Sequence record: SRR22947727_2406
DNA: 48,329 bases
Strand: one strand, 5' to 3'
Shown: piece by piece, positions 20,494-30,614 of the stretch
How the letters are laid out: every line of letters starts with the position of its first letter
Numbering within the stretch: position 1 is the first letter of the stretch
Program-made: the position numbers and the translations under genes
Notes under the pieces: generated by a model
Told to the model about the DNA's origin: nothing
What the model saw: only the letters and a program-made list of their open reading frames with translations
The model's database searches: none

Positions 20494-21843
20494 ATGTTTG
20501 AAAAAGTACTTATTGCAAATCGGGGCGAAATCGCGCTGCGGGTCATAAGAGCCTGCCGTGAAATGGGCATAAAATCAGTCGCAGTGCATTCCACTGCGGA
20601 TAGCGATGCGATGCATGTGCGAATGGCGGATGAATCGGTTTGTATTGGGCCGCCGAGCAGTGGCGCAAGTTATTTATCCGTACCCGCGATTATCTCAGCC
20701 TGTGAGATCACCGGCGCCCAGGCAATTCACCCCGGCTACGGCTTTCTATCGGAAAATGCGCAATTCGTTCAAATTGTAGAGGATCATGATTTAACCTTTA
20801 TTGGCCCAACCGCAGAGCATATTCGCATCATGGGCGATAAGATTTCAGCCAAAGACACGATGAAAGCCCTTGGCGTGCCCTGCGTACCCGGTTCAGATGG
20901 CGGCGTTGCAACCCTGCAAGAGGCCTATCGCATTGGTACAGAATTTGGCTATCCAGTGATTATCAAAGCCACTGCAGGAGGCGGGGGGCGCGGCATGAAA
21001 GTTGCCCAAAACGAAGCCGAGATGGAACAGGCATTTATGACCGCACGCGCAGAAGGCAAGGCGGCTTTTGGCAATGATGAAGTTTACATAGAAAAATATC
21101 TTACGACTCCGCGCCATATTGAAATTCAAGTATTTGGCGATGGAAAAGGCAAAGCGGTTCATCTTGGTGAAAGAGATTGCTCGTTGCAGCGCCGGCATCA
21201 AAAAGTATTCGAAGAGGCCCCGGGCCCCTCTATCTCAGCTGAAGAACGCGCCGCAATCGGAAAAGTATGCGCCGACGCCGTTGCTAAGATCAATTATATT
21301 GGCGCTGGAACTATTGAATTTTTATACGAAAATGGTGCCTTTTACTTCATCGAAATGAACACGCGTTTGCAAGTTGAACATCCGGTTACAGAGGCAATTT
21401 TTGGCGTGGATCTGGTGCGCGAACAAATTCGCGTTGCCAGCGGCCTTGAGATGAGCTTTTCGCAATCAGACTTAAGTATTGATGGGCACGCGATAGAAGT
21501 TCGGATCAACGCTGAAAAACTGCCCAACTTTTCACCCTGCCCCGGTAAAATCACCGCCTATCATGCCCCTGGCGGCTTGGGCGTGCGCATGGATAGCGCG
21601 CTCTACGCTGGCTATTCCATTCCGCCCTATTATGATAGTTTGATTGGAAAACTCATCGTGCATGGGCGCGACCGCCCCGAGGCATTGGCACGCCTAAACC
21701 GCGCCTTGGCTGAATTGATCGTTGATGGTGTCGATTCAACCATTCCGCTTTTTGAAGCGCTTCTGAACGCACAAGAGGTGTTGAGTGGAGATTACAATAT
21801 TCACTGGCTAGAGGATTGGTTGGAATCGCAGGATTTTGACTAG
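20494..21843 (+). CDS. accC: Biotin carboxylase
   Basis: [50 protein letters not shown]. Confidence 0.97.
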   Translation: MFEKVLIANRGEIALRVIRACREMGIKSVAVHSTADSDAMHVRMADESVCIGPPSSGASYLSVPAIISACEITGAQAIHPGYGFLSENAQFVQIVEDHDLTFIGPTAEHIRIMGDKISAKDTMKALGVPCVPGSDGGVATLQEAYRIGTEFGYPVIIKATAGGGGRGMKVAQNEAEMEQAFMTARAEGKAAFGNDEVYIEKYLTTPRHIEIQVFGDGKGKAVHLGERDCSLQRRHQKVFEEAPGPSISAEERAAIGKVCADAVAKINYIGAGTIEFLYENGAFYFIEMNTRLQVEHPVTEAIFGVDLVREQIRVASGLEMSFSQSDLSIDGHAIEVRINAEKLPNFSPCPGKITAYHAPGGLGVRMDSALYAGYSIPPYYDSLIGKLIVHGRDRPEALARLNRALAELIVDGVDSTIPLFEALLNAQEVLSGDYNIHWLEDWLESQDFD

Positions 21844-21947
21844 AGTTAACAATGTTTAGGATATTTTCCATAGAAACGCCCTTCATTTTGGCAAAAACTA
21901 ACCGCATAGACATGCGGCTTAGACCGCTGAAATAAGGGGCGATACGC

Positions 21948-22595
21948 GTGATGGCAAATGACGCTTTTGCCCCTGAATTCTTGTTACAAGCCTATCGACA
22001 AGGCGTTTTTCCAATGTCGGAGGGGCGGAATGATCCAGATTTATTCTGGGTTGATCCAAAGTTTCGCGGTATATTTCCGCTGGGTAATTATCACATCTCG
22101 CGTAGTTTAGGCCGCAGGATCCGTCAGGAAAATTACGAAATTCGGATCAATTCAGCGTTTCCTGACGTGATGCAAGCCTGCGCTGAGCGCAGCGAAACTT
22201 GGATCAGCACGCGCATTTTCAACCTCTATTGCGAATTGGCCAAATTGGGCCATGCCCATTCCCTGGAAGTCTGGCAAAAGGGAAGCATGGCCGGAGGTGT
22301 TTATGGGCTAACGATCGGAGCTGCCTTTTTTGGTGAGAGCATGTTTTCTAAGCAAACGGATGGATCAAAAATCGCGCTGGCTTATCTTATACATCGATTA
22401 AAGGACACAGGGTTTAAGCTTTTTGACACTCAATTTATAACGCCGCATTTGCAATCGCTGGGAGCCGTCGAAATCAGCCGCGCCGAGTATCATAAAAAGT
22501 TGCGGCATGCCCTGCGTCACAATGGCGATTTTTTAAATAGAGATTATTCTGTAGACGCTTCAGACATTGCACAGCGCAAAACCCAAACATCATAA
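21948..22595 (+). CDS. aat: Leucyl/phenylalanyl-tRNA-protein transferase
   Basis: AYRQGVFPM, HAHSLEVW, FFGESMFS, SKIAL, DTQF; follows accBC. Confidence 0.93.
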   Translation: MMANDAFAPEFLLQAYRQGVFPMSEGRNDPDLFWVDPKFRGIFPLGNYHISRSLGRRIRQENYEIRINSAFPDVMQACAERSETWISTRIFNLYCELAKLGHAHSLEVWQKGSMAGGVYGLTIGAAFFGESMFSKQTDGSKIALAYLIHRLKDTGFKLFDTQFITPHLQSLGAVEISRAEYHKKLRHALRHNGDFLNRDYSVDASDIAQRKTQTS

Positions 22596-22927
22596 CGTCG
22601 ATGATCCAGTGGATTTAATGCCGGTGAAGAGGCCACCATCCACCCCATAAATACTGGCGGTTGAAGCGGATCCTCAGAAATTGTAAGATAAGCAAACGCA
22701 TCGCCCATCGGATTATCGACCGGATAGCGACATTCGGATAATGCTACATTCAACGCGCCAAGTTCAATAGAAGACCCGGCGCGCATCGGGAAATCTTGTA
22801 TATCGCCGCTGACTTTATCTAATCCGCGCAGTACCGCTCCATCCGCTGTTTGTACGGCGGATTGCGCCTGCCCATCCTGGGCGCAAATAGCGAACCCGAT
22901 CAAAAAACCAAAAAAACCGAACCGCAT
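22544..22927 (-). CDS. DUF2155-family exported protein
   Basis: Signal peptide; LRGLDKVSG and FMGWMVASSPALNPLDHRRYDVWVLRC. Confidence 0.85.
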   Translation of the reverse strand: MRFGFFGFLIGFAICAQDGQAQSAVQTADGAVLRGLDKVSGDIQDFPMRAGSSIELGALNVALSECRYPVDNPMGDAFAYLTISEDPLQPPVFMGWMVASSPALNPLDHRRYDVWVLRCAMSEASTE

Positions 22928-23373
22928 CAGTTTTGGCCGCTAGACACGAACTTCAACAACAATTGAATTAAGCTAACCGAGCCTTGCGTGTCGATAATCT
23001 CGTCACCAGCCTCTAAATAATCAAACGAGGCACCGGGGATAACTTCGATAAAGCTACCACCCAAAAGGCCTTCTGAAGCCACAGCCAAAGCACTGTCATC
23101 GGGAATTCGAACGTCATTTCTGACCGACAGGACAGATTCAGCGCGGTAAGTTTCAGAATTCAACTTCAAATCGCTGATCGTGCCAATTTTCACGCCGGCG
23201 AGGCGAATGTCAGTACCAACACTGATCCCCTCGGCCGAGCGGAAAGACGCCGAAATCGGATATGAAGAAGATGATCCAGACAATCCGGTTGATTGGGCTA
23301 GGAATACCGCGAACCCCACTGCGAGGGCTAAAACCACCCCGCCAACGGCAATTTCAATACGGTTTTCAGACAT
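22927..23373 (-). CDS. mlaD: MlaD (MCE-domain) protein
   Basis: N-terminal TM; FRSAEGISVGTDIRLAGVKIG and SEGLLGG. Confidence 0.88.
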   Translation of the reverse strand: MSENRIEIAVGGVVLALAVGFAVFLAQSTGLSGSSSSYPISASFRSAEGISVGTDIRLAGVKIGTISDLKLNSETYRAESVLSVRNDVRIPDDSALAVASEGLLGGSFIEVIPGASFDYLEAGDEIIDTQGSVSLIQLLLKFVSSGQN

Positions 23374-23387
23374 GCTAAAGCTCTCCG

Positions 23388-23774
23388 CTACCCTTCTGGT
23401 TGCCACGCTTCATAATCTTGTGCCGGCTTGGGGGACTGGAGGCGTAAGGATCCCGCGGGGGCATAGGCAGATTGCGTGCCCGTCAAATTTTCTTGATGCG
23501 CCTTTTCCCAGGTTTTACGCTTTAACGGCGCAACATTGGGAGGATCGTTCCAAGTATGATGAAGCCAACCATGCCAATCAGGGCTAACCCGACTGGCTTC
23601 GATTTCTCCGTTGAAAATAACCCATCGGCGGCTATCGTCAGCATTTTGGTAATAGGTATTGCCCTGTTCATCCATGCCCACTTTAAGCCCTTTGCGCCAT
23701 GTAAACAGCTGCGTGTTTAAGGTTTGACCCTGCCACCACGTAACCGCCCTTAGCAGGCTTTTCAAAACACCCAT
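23388..23774 (-). CDS. NADH:ubiquinone oxidoreductase subunit NDUFA12 family
   Basis: [38 protein letters not shown]. Confidence 0.9.
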   Translation of the reverse strand: MGVLKSLLRAVTWWQGQTLNTQLFTWRKGLKVGMDEQGNTYYQNADDSRRWVIFNGEIEASRVSPDWHGWLHHTWNDPPNVAPLKRKTWEKAHQENLTGTQSAYAPAGSLRLQSPKPAQDYEAWQPEG

Positions 23775-23873
23775 GAAACTCTCCAAATCGCAAATAATCT
23801 CATTTACCCTATCGCTCTATAAGGTTGCACCCTGAAGGTAAATAACCGAATTCACGCCCCCCTAGCTTCAACC

Positions 23874-25139
23874 CTAACCAGCGGTAGCTGATTCTTTTTT
23901 AGCATCCGAATAAATCATCAAAGGCGCCACATCGGAATTAACCGAATCTTCATTCACAACAACCTCTTGAACCTCGTCCATGCCTGGCAAGTCAAACATC
24001 GTATCCAGCAGGATATCTTCCAGAATTGACCGCAATCCACGAGCACCTGTTTTACGCTTAATCGCCCGTTGCGCGATTGCCTCGAGCGCCTCATCGGTAA
24101 ATGTCAGATTTGTTTCTTCCAGCTCAAACAAACGCTGATATTGCTTCACCAACGCATTTTTAGGCTGCGTCAAAATCGTAACCAGCGCGTCTTGATCCAG
24201 ATCTTCTAGCGTCGCCAAAACTGGCAGGCGCCCAACAAATTCAGGAATAAGGCCAAATTTCAGAAGATCTTCGGGTTCTAAATCTTGAAAAACCTCGCCC
24301 ACACCGCGCTCATCATTATCGCGCACATCGGCGCCAAACCCCATCGCGCTGCCTTTGCCACGCTGCGCAATAATCTTATCCAAACCGGCAAAAGCGCCAC
24401 CGCAAATGAATAAAATATTGGTCGTATCAACTTGTAAAAATTCTTGCTGCGGATGCTTTCGCCCCCCTTGCGGAGGCACGCTTGCCACGGTGCCCTCCAT
24501 AAGTTTCAGCAAAGCTTGCTGAACCCCCTCACCCGATACATCCCGAGTGATCGATGGGTTTTCAGATTTACGCGTTATTTTATCAACTTCATCTATATAA
24601 ACGATGCCACGCTGCGCGCGCTCGACATTGTATTCAGAAGCTTGCAGAAGCTTCAAAATAATATTTTCAACATCCTCGCCCACATAGCCCGCTTCGGTCA
24701 GTGTGGTTGCATCCGCCATTGTAAAGGGCACGTCTAAAATCCGTGCCAAGGTTTGGGCAAGCAAGGTTTTCCCGCAGCCGGTCGGCCCGATCAGCAAAAT
24801 GTTGGATTTTGACAATTCGATATCGCCCGATTTAGCAGCGTGGTTCAAACGTTTATAATGGTTGTGAACCGCCACAGATAAGACACGTTTGGCAATGCTT
24901 TGACCAATCACGTAATCATCAAGAACGCCGCAAATTTCGCGCGGCGTTGGAACCCCTTCTGAGGACTTCAACCCCGAGCTTTTGGTTTCCTCGCGGATGA
25001 TATCCATGCAGAGCTCGACGCATTCGTCACAAATGAACACAGTCGGCCCAGCGATCAGCTTTCGCACCTCATGCTGGCTTTTACCGCAGAAGCTGCAATA
25101 AAGAGTATTCTTACTTTCACCACCGGAATTTGATGCCAT
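23874..25139 (-). CDS. clpX: ATP-dependent Clp protease ATP-binding subunit ClpX
   Basis: CSFCGKSQ zinc finger, [30 protein letters not shown]. Confidence 0.98.
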   Translation of the reverse strand: MASNSGGESKNTLYCSFCGKSQHEVRKLIAGPTVFICDECVELCMDIIREETKSSGLKSSEGVPTPREICGVLDDYVIGQSIAKRVLSVAVHNHYKRLNHAAKSGDIELSKSNILLIGPTGCGKTLLAQTLARILDVPFTMADATTLTEAGYVGEDVENIILKLLQASEYNVERAQRGIVYIDEVDKITRKSENPSITRDVSGEGVQQALLKLMEGTVASVPPQGGRKHPQQEFLQVDTTNILFICGGAFAGLDKIIAQRGKGSAMGFGADVRDNDERGVGEVFQDLEPEDLLKFGLIPEFVGRLPVLATLEDLDQDALVTILTQPKNALVKQYQRLFELEETNLTFTDEALEAIAQRAIKRKTGARGLRSILEDILLDTMFDLPGMDEVQEVVVNEDSVNSDVAPLMIYSDAKKESATAG

Positions 25140-25286
25140 GTTCTACCCTTTTGGATTTTCAAAATCCCAAAAACTTTACGCGTCTACATATATTGCCTGA
25201 TAGCTTAAGCTAGGCATGTCGGCTCTACAATGCCAAAATTTTGCTTCCAACCTCCTGCGCTTGCGGGCGCTGTCACAAGCCGAACC

Positions 25287-25913
25287 CTATTCCGCGTCAT
25301 CTTTCGCGCGATTAGTCACGATTTCGTCAATCAACCCCCAGTCTTTGGCATCTTCAGGAGACATAAAATTATCGCGTTCGAGCGCGGTTTCAACCTGATC
25401 AAGATCCTGCCCGGTATGCGTGACATAGATTTCATTGAGGCGTTTTTTAAGCTTCAATGTTTCTTCAGCGTGTATCATGATGTCAGTGGCTTGCCCCTGA
25501 TATCCGCCAGAGGGTTGGTGTACCATAATCCGACTATTTGGAAGCGAGAAGCGCATGCCTTTTTCACCTGCCGTAAGCAGTAGGGACCCCATCGAAGCCG
25601 CCTGCCCTATCACAAGCGTTGAAACTTTTGGTTTGATATATTGCATCGTATCGTAAATCGACAATCCACTGGTCACTACACCGCCCGGGCTGTTGATATA
25701 CATGCTAATCTCTTTAGAGGGGTTTTCCGCCTCTAGATGTAGCAACTGCGCAACGATCAAGCTGGACATCCCGTCATGGACGGGACCACTGAGAAAAATG
25801 ATCCGCTCTTTCAAAAGCCTTGAGAAGATATCATAGGCGCGCTCGCCGCGGCTGGTTTGCTCAACCACCATCGGAACCAAGCTGTTCATATATGTGTCTA
25901 ATGGATCTTTCAT
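25287..25913 (-). CDS. clpP: ATP-dependent Clp protease proteolytic subunit
   Basis: [38 protein letters not shown]. Confidence 0.98.
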   Translation of the reverse strand: MKDPLDTYMNSLVPMVVEQTSRGERAYDIFSRLLKERIIFLSGPVHDGMSSLIVAQLLHLEAENPSKEISMYINSPGGVVTSGLSIYDTMQYIKPKVSTLVIGQAASMGSLLLTAGEKGMRFSLPNSRIMVHQPSGGYQGQATDIMIHAEETLKLKKRLNEIYVTHTGQDLDQVETALERDNFMSPEDAKDWGLIDEIVTNRAKDDAE

Positions 25914-26121
25914 TCTGCCCTGCCTATTCTTAAGGATATCTGATTAGTACGAGTCTTAGTGCTGCAACCCCCGCTCTGCAATAGCTCACGCATATTAAAC
26001 CTGCTTCCGAGGCAATCATCTCGTTCGTTTTAGACAAAACCCGCGCTTTTAGGTGAAATCTACCGCTCTTAAGCTTCATATGCTTTTCAAATGAAAACCA
26101 AAACTCGTTTGTTTTTATCGT

Positions 26122-26149
26122 CTTGAAATCATCCGCTTTAGGACTAACT
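26122..26149 (+). promoter_or_regulatory. RpoH-type promoter upstream of the photolyase
   Basis: CTTGAA-N16-CTAACT ending 28 bp before the ATG. Confidence 0.45.
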
Positions 26150-26177
26150 CGCAAGAATGGTTATGTCGGAATTTTAA

Positions 26178-27383
26178 ATGCAGGTGTGTTCAGGATCGCG
26201 AGAAGAGGCCCTTGTGCTTTTGGCCGCTTTTTTACCAAAAGCTGGCACATCCTATACAAGAAACCGAAACTTTGATCTGGGCGCGGGCCAGCATAAACAT
26301 GTGTCGCAGCTTTCTGCTTATATAAAACGCCGCATTATAACGGAAGAAGACGTTTTGAAGAAAGTGCTGTCAGCGCATTCTCTCAACGAGGCCGGAAAGT
26401 TCATTGATGAGATTTTTTGGCGCACATACTTCAAGGGATGGCTCGAAAGCAGGCCCCATATTTGGATGCAATACTGCGCCGATGTGCATCACCTAACCCA
26501 TGAGTTGCAAACTCAATCAGGCCTGCGCGATCGTTGGGCGGCCGCCTGCCTGGGCGAAACCGGGATAGATTGCTTTGATGCATGGGCAAAAGAACTGGCC
26601 GAAACCGGATATCTGCACAATCATGCGAGAATGTGGTTTGCCTCAATCTGGGTTTACACGCTGCAGTTGCCCTGGCAATTGGGCGCTGACTTTTTTTTGC
26701 GGCACCTTCTGGATGGCGATGCTGCCTCAAACACGTTGAGCTGGCGCTGGGTGGTGGGATTACATTCTGTTGGGAAAACCTATCTGGCGCGCGCCGAAAA
26801 TATTCAACGCTTTACCAATGGCAGGTTCGCCCCAAAAGGATTGGCGCAGGTCGCACCGCCGCTGAATGACACTGCGAGCACGATGGCTCCTAAAATAATA
26901 GGCCCTCCCAATCGTTACCTCGAGGGGCGCAAAACTGGGTTATTGCTTCATTCAGACGATCTAAATATCGCGCATCTCACTCATCGTAGCGACTGCATCG
27001 CATCGGCCGCTTATCGCCCGGTTGATGCGGGCACTATGCTGGTTTCGAGCCCGAAATTGCTTGAATTTAACAACGCAGCTTTGGATGCCGCGGCAAAGCG
27101 TTGGAAACCCAACCTGCTCAATTGCTGCGACGTGACCACCCCCGAGGGGATCTTGTCTTGGGCGCTAGAAAACAAATTAGAGCAAATAATCACACCCTAC
27201 GCCGCCGTAGGGAATACGTCACAGATGCTTGAAAAATGTACACGTCTTTTAAGTAATCACGACGTTCAGTTAACGCAAGTGATGCGCGAGTATGATATTT
27301 TTTCTTGGCCATATGCCACAAAAGGCTTCTTCAAATTTAGAGAAAAAATTCCGAAAATATTAACGTCGCTCTCGATAATTTAA
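26178..27383 (+). CDS. Photolyase with N-terminal FAD-binding domain (inverted domain order, NewPHL-like)
   Basis: SQLSAY, KFIDEIFWRTYFKGWLE, GYLHNHARMWFASIW and LLDGDAASNTLSWRW all fall in the first half; C-terminal WPYATKGFFKF. Confidence 0.85.
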   Translation: MQVCSGSREEALVLLAAFLPKAGTSYTRNRNFDLGAGQHKHVSQLSAYIKRRIITEEDVLKKVLSAHSLNEAGKFIDEIFWRTYFKGWLESRPHIWMQYCADVHHLTHELQTQSGLRDRWAAACLGETGIDCFDAWAKELAETGYLHNHARMWFASIWVYTLQLPWQLGADFFLRHLLDGDAASNTLSWRWVVGLHSVGKTYLARAENIQRFTNGRFAPKGLAQVAPPLNDTASTMAPKIIGPPNRYLEGRKTGLLLHSDDLNIAHLTHRSDCIASAAYRPVDAGTMLVSSPKLLEFNNAALDAAAKRWKPNLLNCCDVTTPEGILSWALENKLEQIITPYAAVGNTSQMLEKCTRLLSNHDVQLTQVMREYDIFSWPYATKGFFKFREKIPKILTSLSII

Positions 27384-27997
27384 CGCGTTTCGGCCAATCG
27401 GGCGACATATCGCGCCAGCGTGTCTATTTCTAGGTTGACCAAATCCCCTACAGCCATGTCGTCCCAAGTTGTGACCGTTTTGGTATGGGGAATAAAATTG
27501 ACGCCGAAGCTTTCATCCCCAACCTCATTCACAGTTAGCGAGGTGCCGTTCAAAGCCACCGACCCTTTTGGGGCAATAAAACGCGCAAGATCTTTCGCCA
27601 CTTTAAATTCAACCCGCGTGCTGTCGCCATCCTCGGTGATGGCCGTGATTTCAGCGATACCATCAACATGGCCCGATACAATATGCCCGCCAAGTTCATC
27701 GCCCAATTTGAGCGCACGCTCGAGATTTACGCGCCCTCCTTCAACCCAAGCGGATCTGCTGTTTGTCGCGGTATCAGACGGCCCAATATTGGTTTTTGAA
27801 ACCGTTTCTGCACTAATATCAACATCAAACCAACCGTCGCCAAAATCAACAACGGTCAGGCACACCCCATTGCACGCGATCGAAGCACCCAGGGCGATCG
27901 TTTCATGGTCATAGCTGGTTTTTAACCTTGCTCTGATATCGCCGCGCTGTTCAACGCGTTCAATTTGCCCAATATCTGTGATGATCCCAGTAAACAT
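27380..27997 (-). CDS. ribE: Riboflavin synthase (alpha chain)
   Basis: MFTGII start, GASIACNGVCLTV, VNLERAL, GGHIVSGHVDG, VNLEID. Confidence 0.96.
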   Translation of the reverse strand: MFTGIITDIGQIERVEQRGDIRARLKTSYDHETIALGASIACNGVCLTVVDFGDGWFDVDISAETVSKTNIGPSDTATNSRSAWVEGGRVNLERALKLGDELGGHIVSGHVDGIAEITAITEDGDSTRVEFKVAKDLARFIAPKGSVALNGTSLTVNEVGDESFGVNFIPHTKTVTTWDDMAVGDLVNLEIDTLARYVARLAETR

Positions 27998-28103
27998 TGT
28001 TCGGTTACTCCAAATTTTCTTATCTTCGCCGCAATTATGCCAAAAAATTAGCGCATTTGAGCGACAGCCCTTGGCTTGCATAAATATGGATCATTTCACG
28101 CTC

Positions 28104-29428
28104 ATGAACAATGACCTGCAGAAAAAACGTATGTTTCTTTTTTTACAAGGGCCGCATGGACCTTTTTTTCACAGCTGGCAGGTGCGCTTGAAAGCTATGG
28201 CCACACCACCTGCCAAATTGGATTCAATCAGGGCGATAAAATCTTTTGGGCAAACAAACAAAATTTTGTGGCTTTCACGCTGCCGCTCGAGGCCTGGAGC
28301 GGGTTTTTCCAACGACAAATTCGAGACAAGCAGATCACAGATCTTGTGATCTATAACGACACGCGCCCCTTCCATAAAACCGCCATTCAAGCCGCGCATG
28401 CCAAAGGTATAAACGTTCATATCTTTGAAGAAGGCTATTTAAGACCCTATTGGATCACCTATGAGCGCGACGGCAGCAATGGAAATTCAAAATTAATGTC
28501 CTTAGCGCAGAGCGCCGTTATTCCAGATCACTTGATCCTCAATCCAGATCCCGTGCCTGCCCCCTGTCATTGGGGGGATATGCGCGAGCATATTTTCTAT
28601 GGCGCCGTCTATCATTGGTGCATTCTGTGCGCCAATCATCAATTTCCCAATTTTACCTCGCATCGAGAGATCAGCATTAGGAAGGAATTTCGGCTTCATC
28701 TGAAGCTATTGATTTTTACGCCAGCGCGAATGGCGGCACGTTTCTGGGCAAATTTAACCTTAAAGTTACGGACCCATCCCTATCATTTGATTTTGATGCA
28801 ATTGCAGCATGACAGCGCAATTCAAAACCACTCTCCCTTCAAAACGAACGCCAGTTTTCTTGAATTCGTTCTTCGAAGTTTTGCAAATAACGCCGCGCCG
28901 CATCATCATCTTGTGATCAAAGCGCACCCTTTGGAAGACGGTCGTTCAGAGATCGCGTATCATTTGCGAAGACTAGGTGCAAAATTCGATATTAACAGGC
29001 GTATTCACTATCTTCCCGGCGGCAAGCTCGCGCATGTCTTAGATCCCGCACTCAGCGTTGTGACCGTCAATTCAACCGCCGGGCAACAAGCCTTATATCG
29101 AGGTATTCCAGTAAAAACGCTGAGAAAAGCGATTTACAATCAAAATAAATTTGCCTCCGAGCAATCGCTTGATGCGTTTTTTGCAGACCCAAAAGCGCCA
29201 AATCTTCCAGCCTATCGGGCGTTTCGAAACTTTTTATTACAGACATCGCAAATACCTGGCGGGTTTTATTCAAAAGCCGGGCGGCAGCAAGCAATTGCCC
29301 GCCTTGCAAAGAAAATGTTTCATCCACTAGACCCCTATACCGCCTATTTAACGGGTGAGATCGCCCATAATAAGCAGGATGGTTTAGCAGCCCTACCCTC
29401 CGCAACTGCATTGGTGGCAGCCGAATGA
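28104..29428 (+). pseudogene. kpsS: Capsule biosynthesis protein (KpsS-like), frameshifted
   Basis: FLFLQGPHGPFF is in one frame and SQLAGAL...FEEGYLRPYWITYE...VTVNSTAG in another; one extra T in the T7 run at 28163-28169 joins them. Confidence 0.82.
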
Positions 29429-30611
29429 TCCCCTTACCTATCGGTTTTATACGGTCGTATCGCTTTCAACCCGCATCGCGCAGATGGCTGGCTCGCCAGA
29501 TCGCGGGGCTTATCTGTTTAAGCAGCGTTATGGCGTGCGAATTGCCCAGAGTTGGCCCGACGCGAGCAGAGATTATTGCCGATTTAAACACAACTGAAAA
29601 AATCTTATTGTCGAAGTTGACGCCGCCGTTGCACGAAAAACCGCTAGTATCCCTGCCTTGGGCTTTTCCAATAAATTCAAATCAGCCGCCATCCTGGGCT
29701 CCGATACGATACAGCCTGGTGATACATTAGGCCTGACGATTTGGGAAAGCGTGGAAAGCAGTCTTTTGGCAGCCCAAAACAGCAATTCAACGATCCTTGA
29801 CGAGGTACAGGTGGATGGCGAGGGGTATATTTTCATTCCCTATGCTGGGCGGATCAAAGCAGCTGGGCATTCACCTGACTCGATCCGCCAGCATTTAACG
29901 GAAATCTTGCAGGTGCAAACCCCTGATCCGCAGGTGCAAGTGCGCCGCAGCTCGGGAGATGGCGCGACCGTATCGGTGATTGGCGCCGTGGTGCAACAGG
30001 GCATCTACCCCATCGAGCGCCCAACGCGAACGCTGGGTGCCATGCTGGCCCGAGCAGGCGGCGTGACCATCGAACCCGAGGTGGCGCAAATCACCATCTT
30101 ACGCGGAAGTCTTTTAGAAAAGGTCTGGTTTCAAGACCTTTATAACCACCCGAACACCGATATTCCGCTGCGTGCAGGAGATAGAGTTCTTGTCGAGACC
30201 GACACACGCGCCTTCACCTCTTTAGGATCCACGGGCACACAAGCACGTATTGGATTTCCCACGCAAACGATCTCGGCAATCGAAGCCTTGGCCTTGGTGG
30301 GGGGCTTATCGCCCGTTACCTCTGACCCACAGGGCATTTTCGTATTTCGCAATGAGGCCGCCAAAACCGCCAATCATGTCTTGGGCCGCTCGGATCTAAC
30401 TGGCGAGGTTAAAATTATTTATATTTTGGATTTAACAAAGCCTACAGCCATCTTTATCGCCCGCGATTTCACCATCCGTGATCAAGATACCGTTTACGTT
30501 ACCGAGGCCGCTTTTACCCAATGGAACAAGCTTATTGCCACCGTTACCGGATCTTTAGACGCTGTAAACACGATCAACCAATCAGCGAATACGCTCTCGT
30601 TAAAACGCTGA
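29425..30611 (+). pseudogene. Polysaccharide export outer-membrane lipoprotein (Wza/KpsD-like), frameshifted
   Basis: Lipobox VMAC and LPRVGP are in one frame and NLIVEVD...PGDTLGLTIWE...IFIPYAG in another; one extra A in the A6 run at 29597-29602 joins them. Confidence 0.82.
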
Positions 30612-30614
30612 GCC

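Noticed and set aside
22544-22595. 52-bp convergent overlap of aat and the DUF2155 gene
   Set aside because: Both proteins look complete; ordinary tail-to-tail overlap
25930-26154. 74-aa ORF upstream of clpP
   Set aside because: TTG start, no motifs, and it occupies the divergent promoter region
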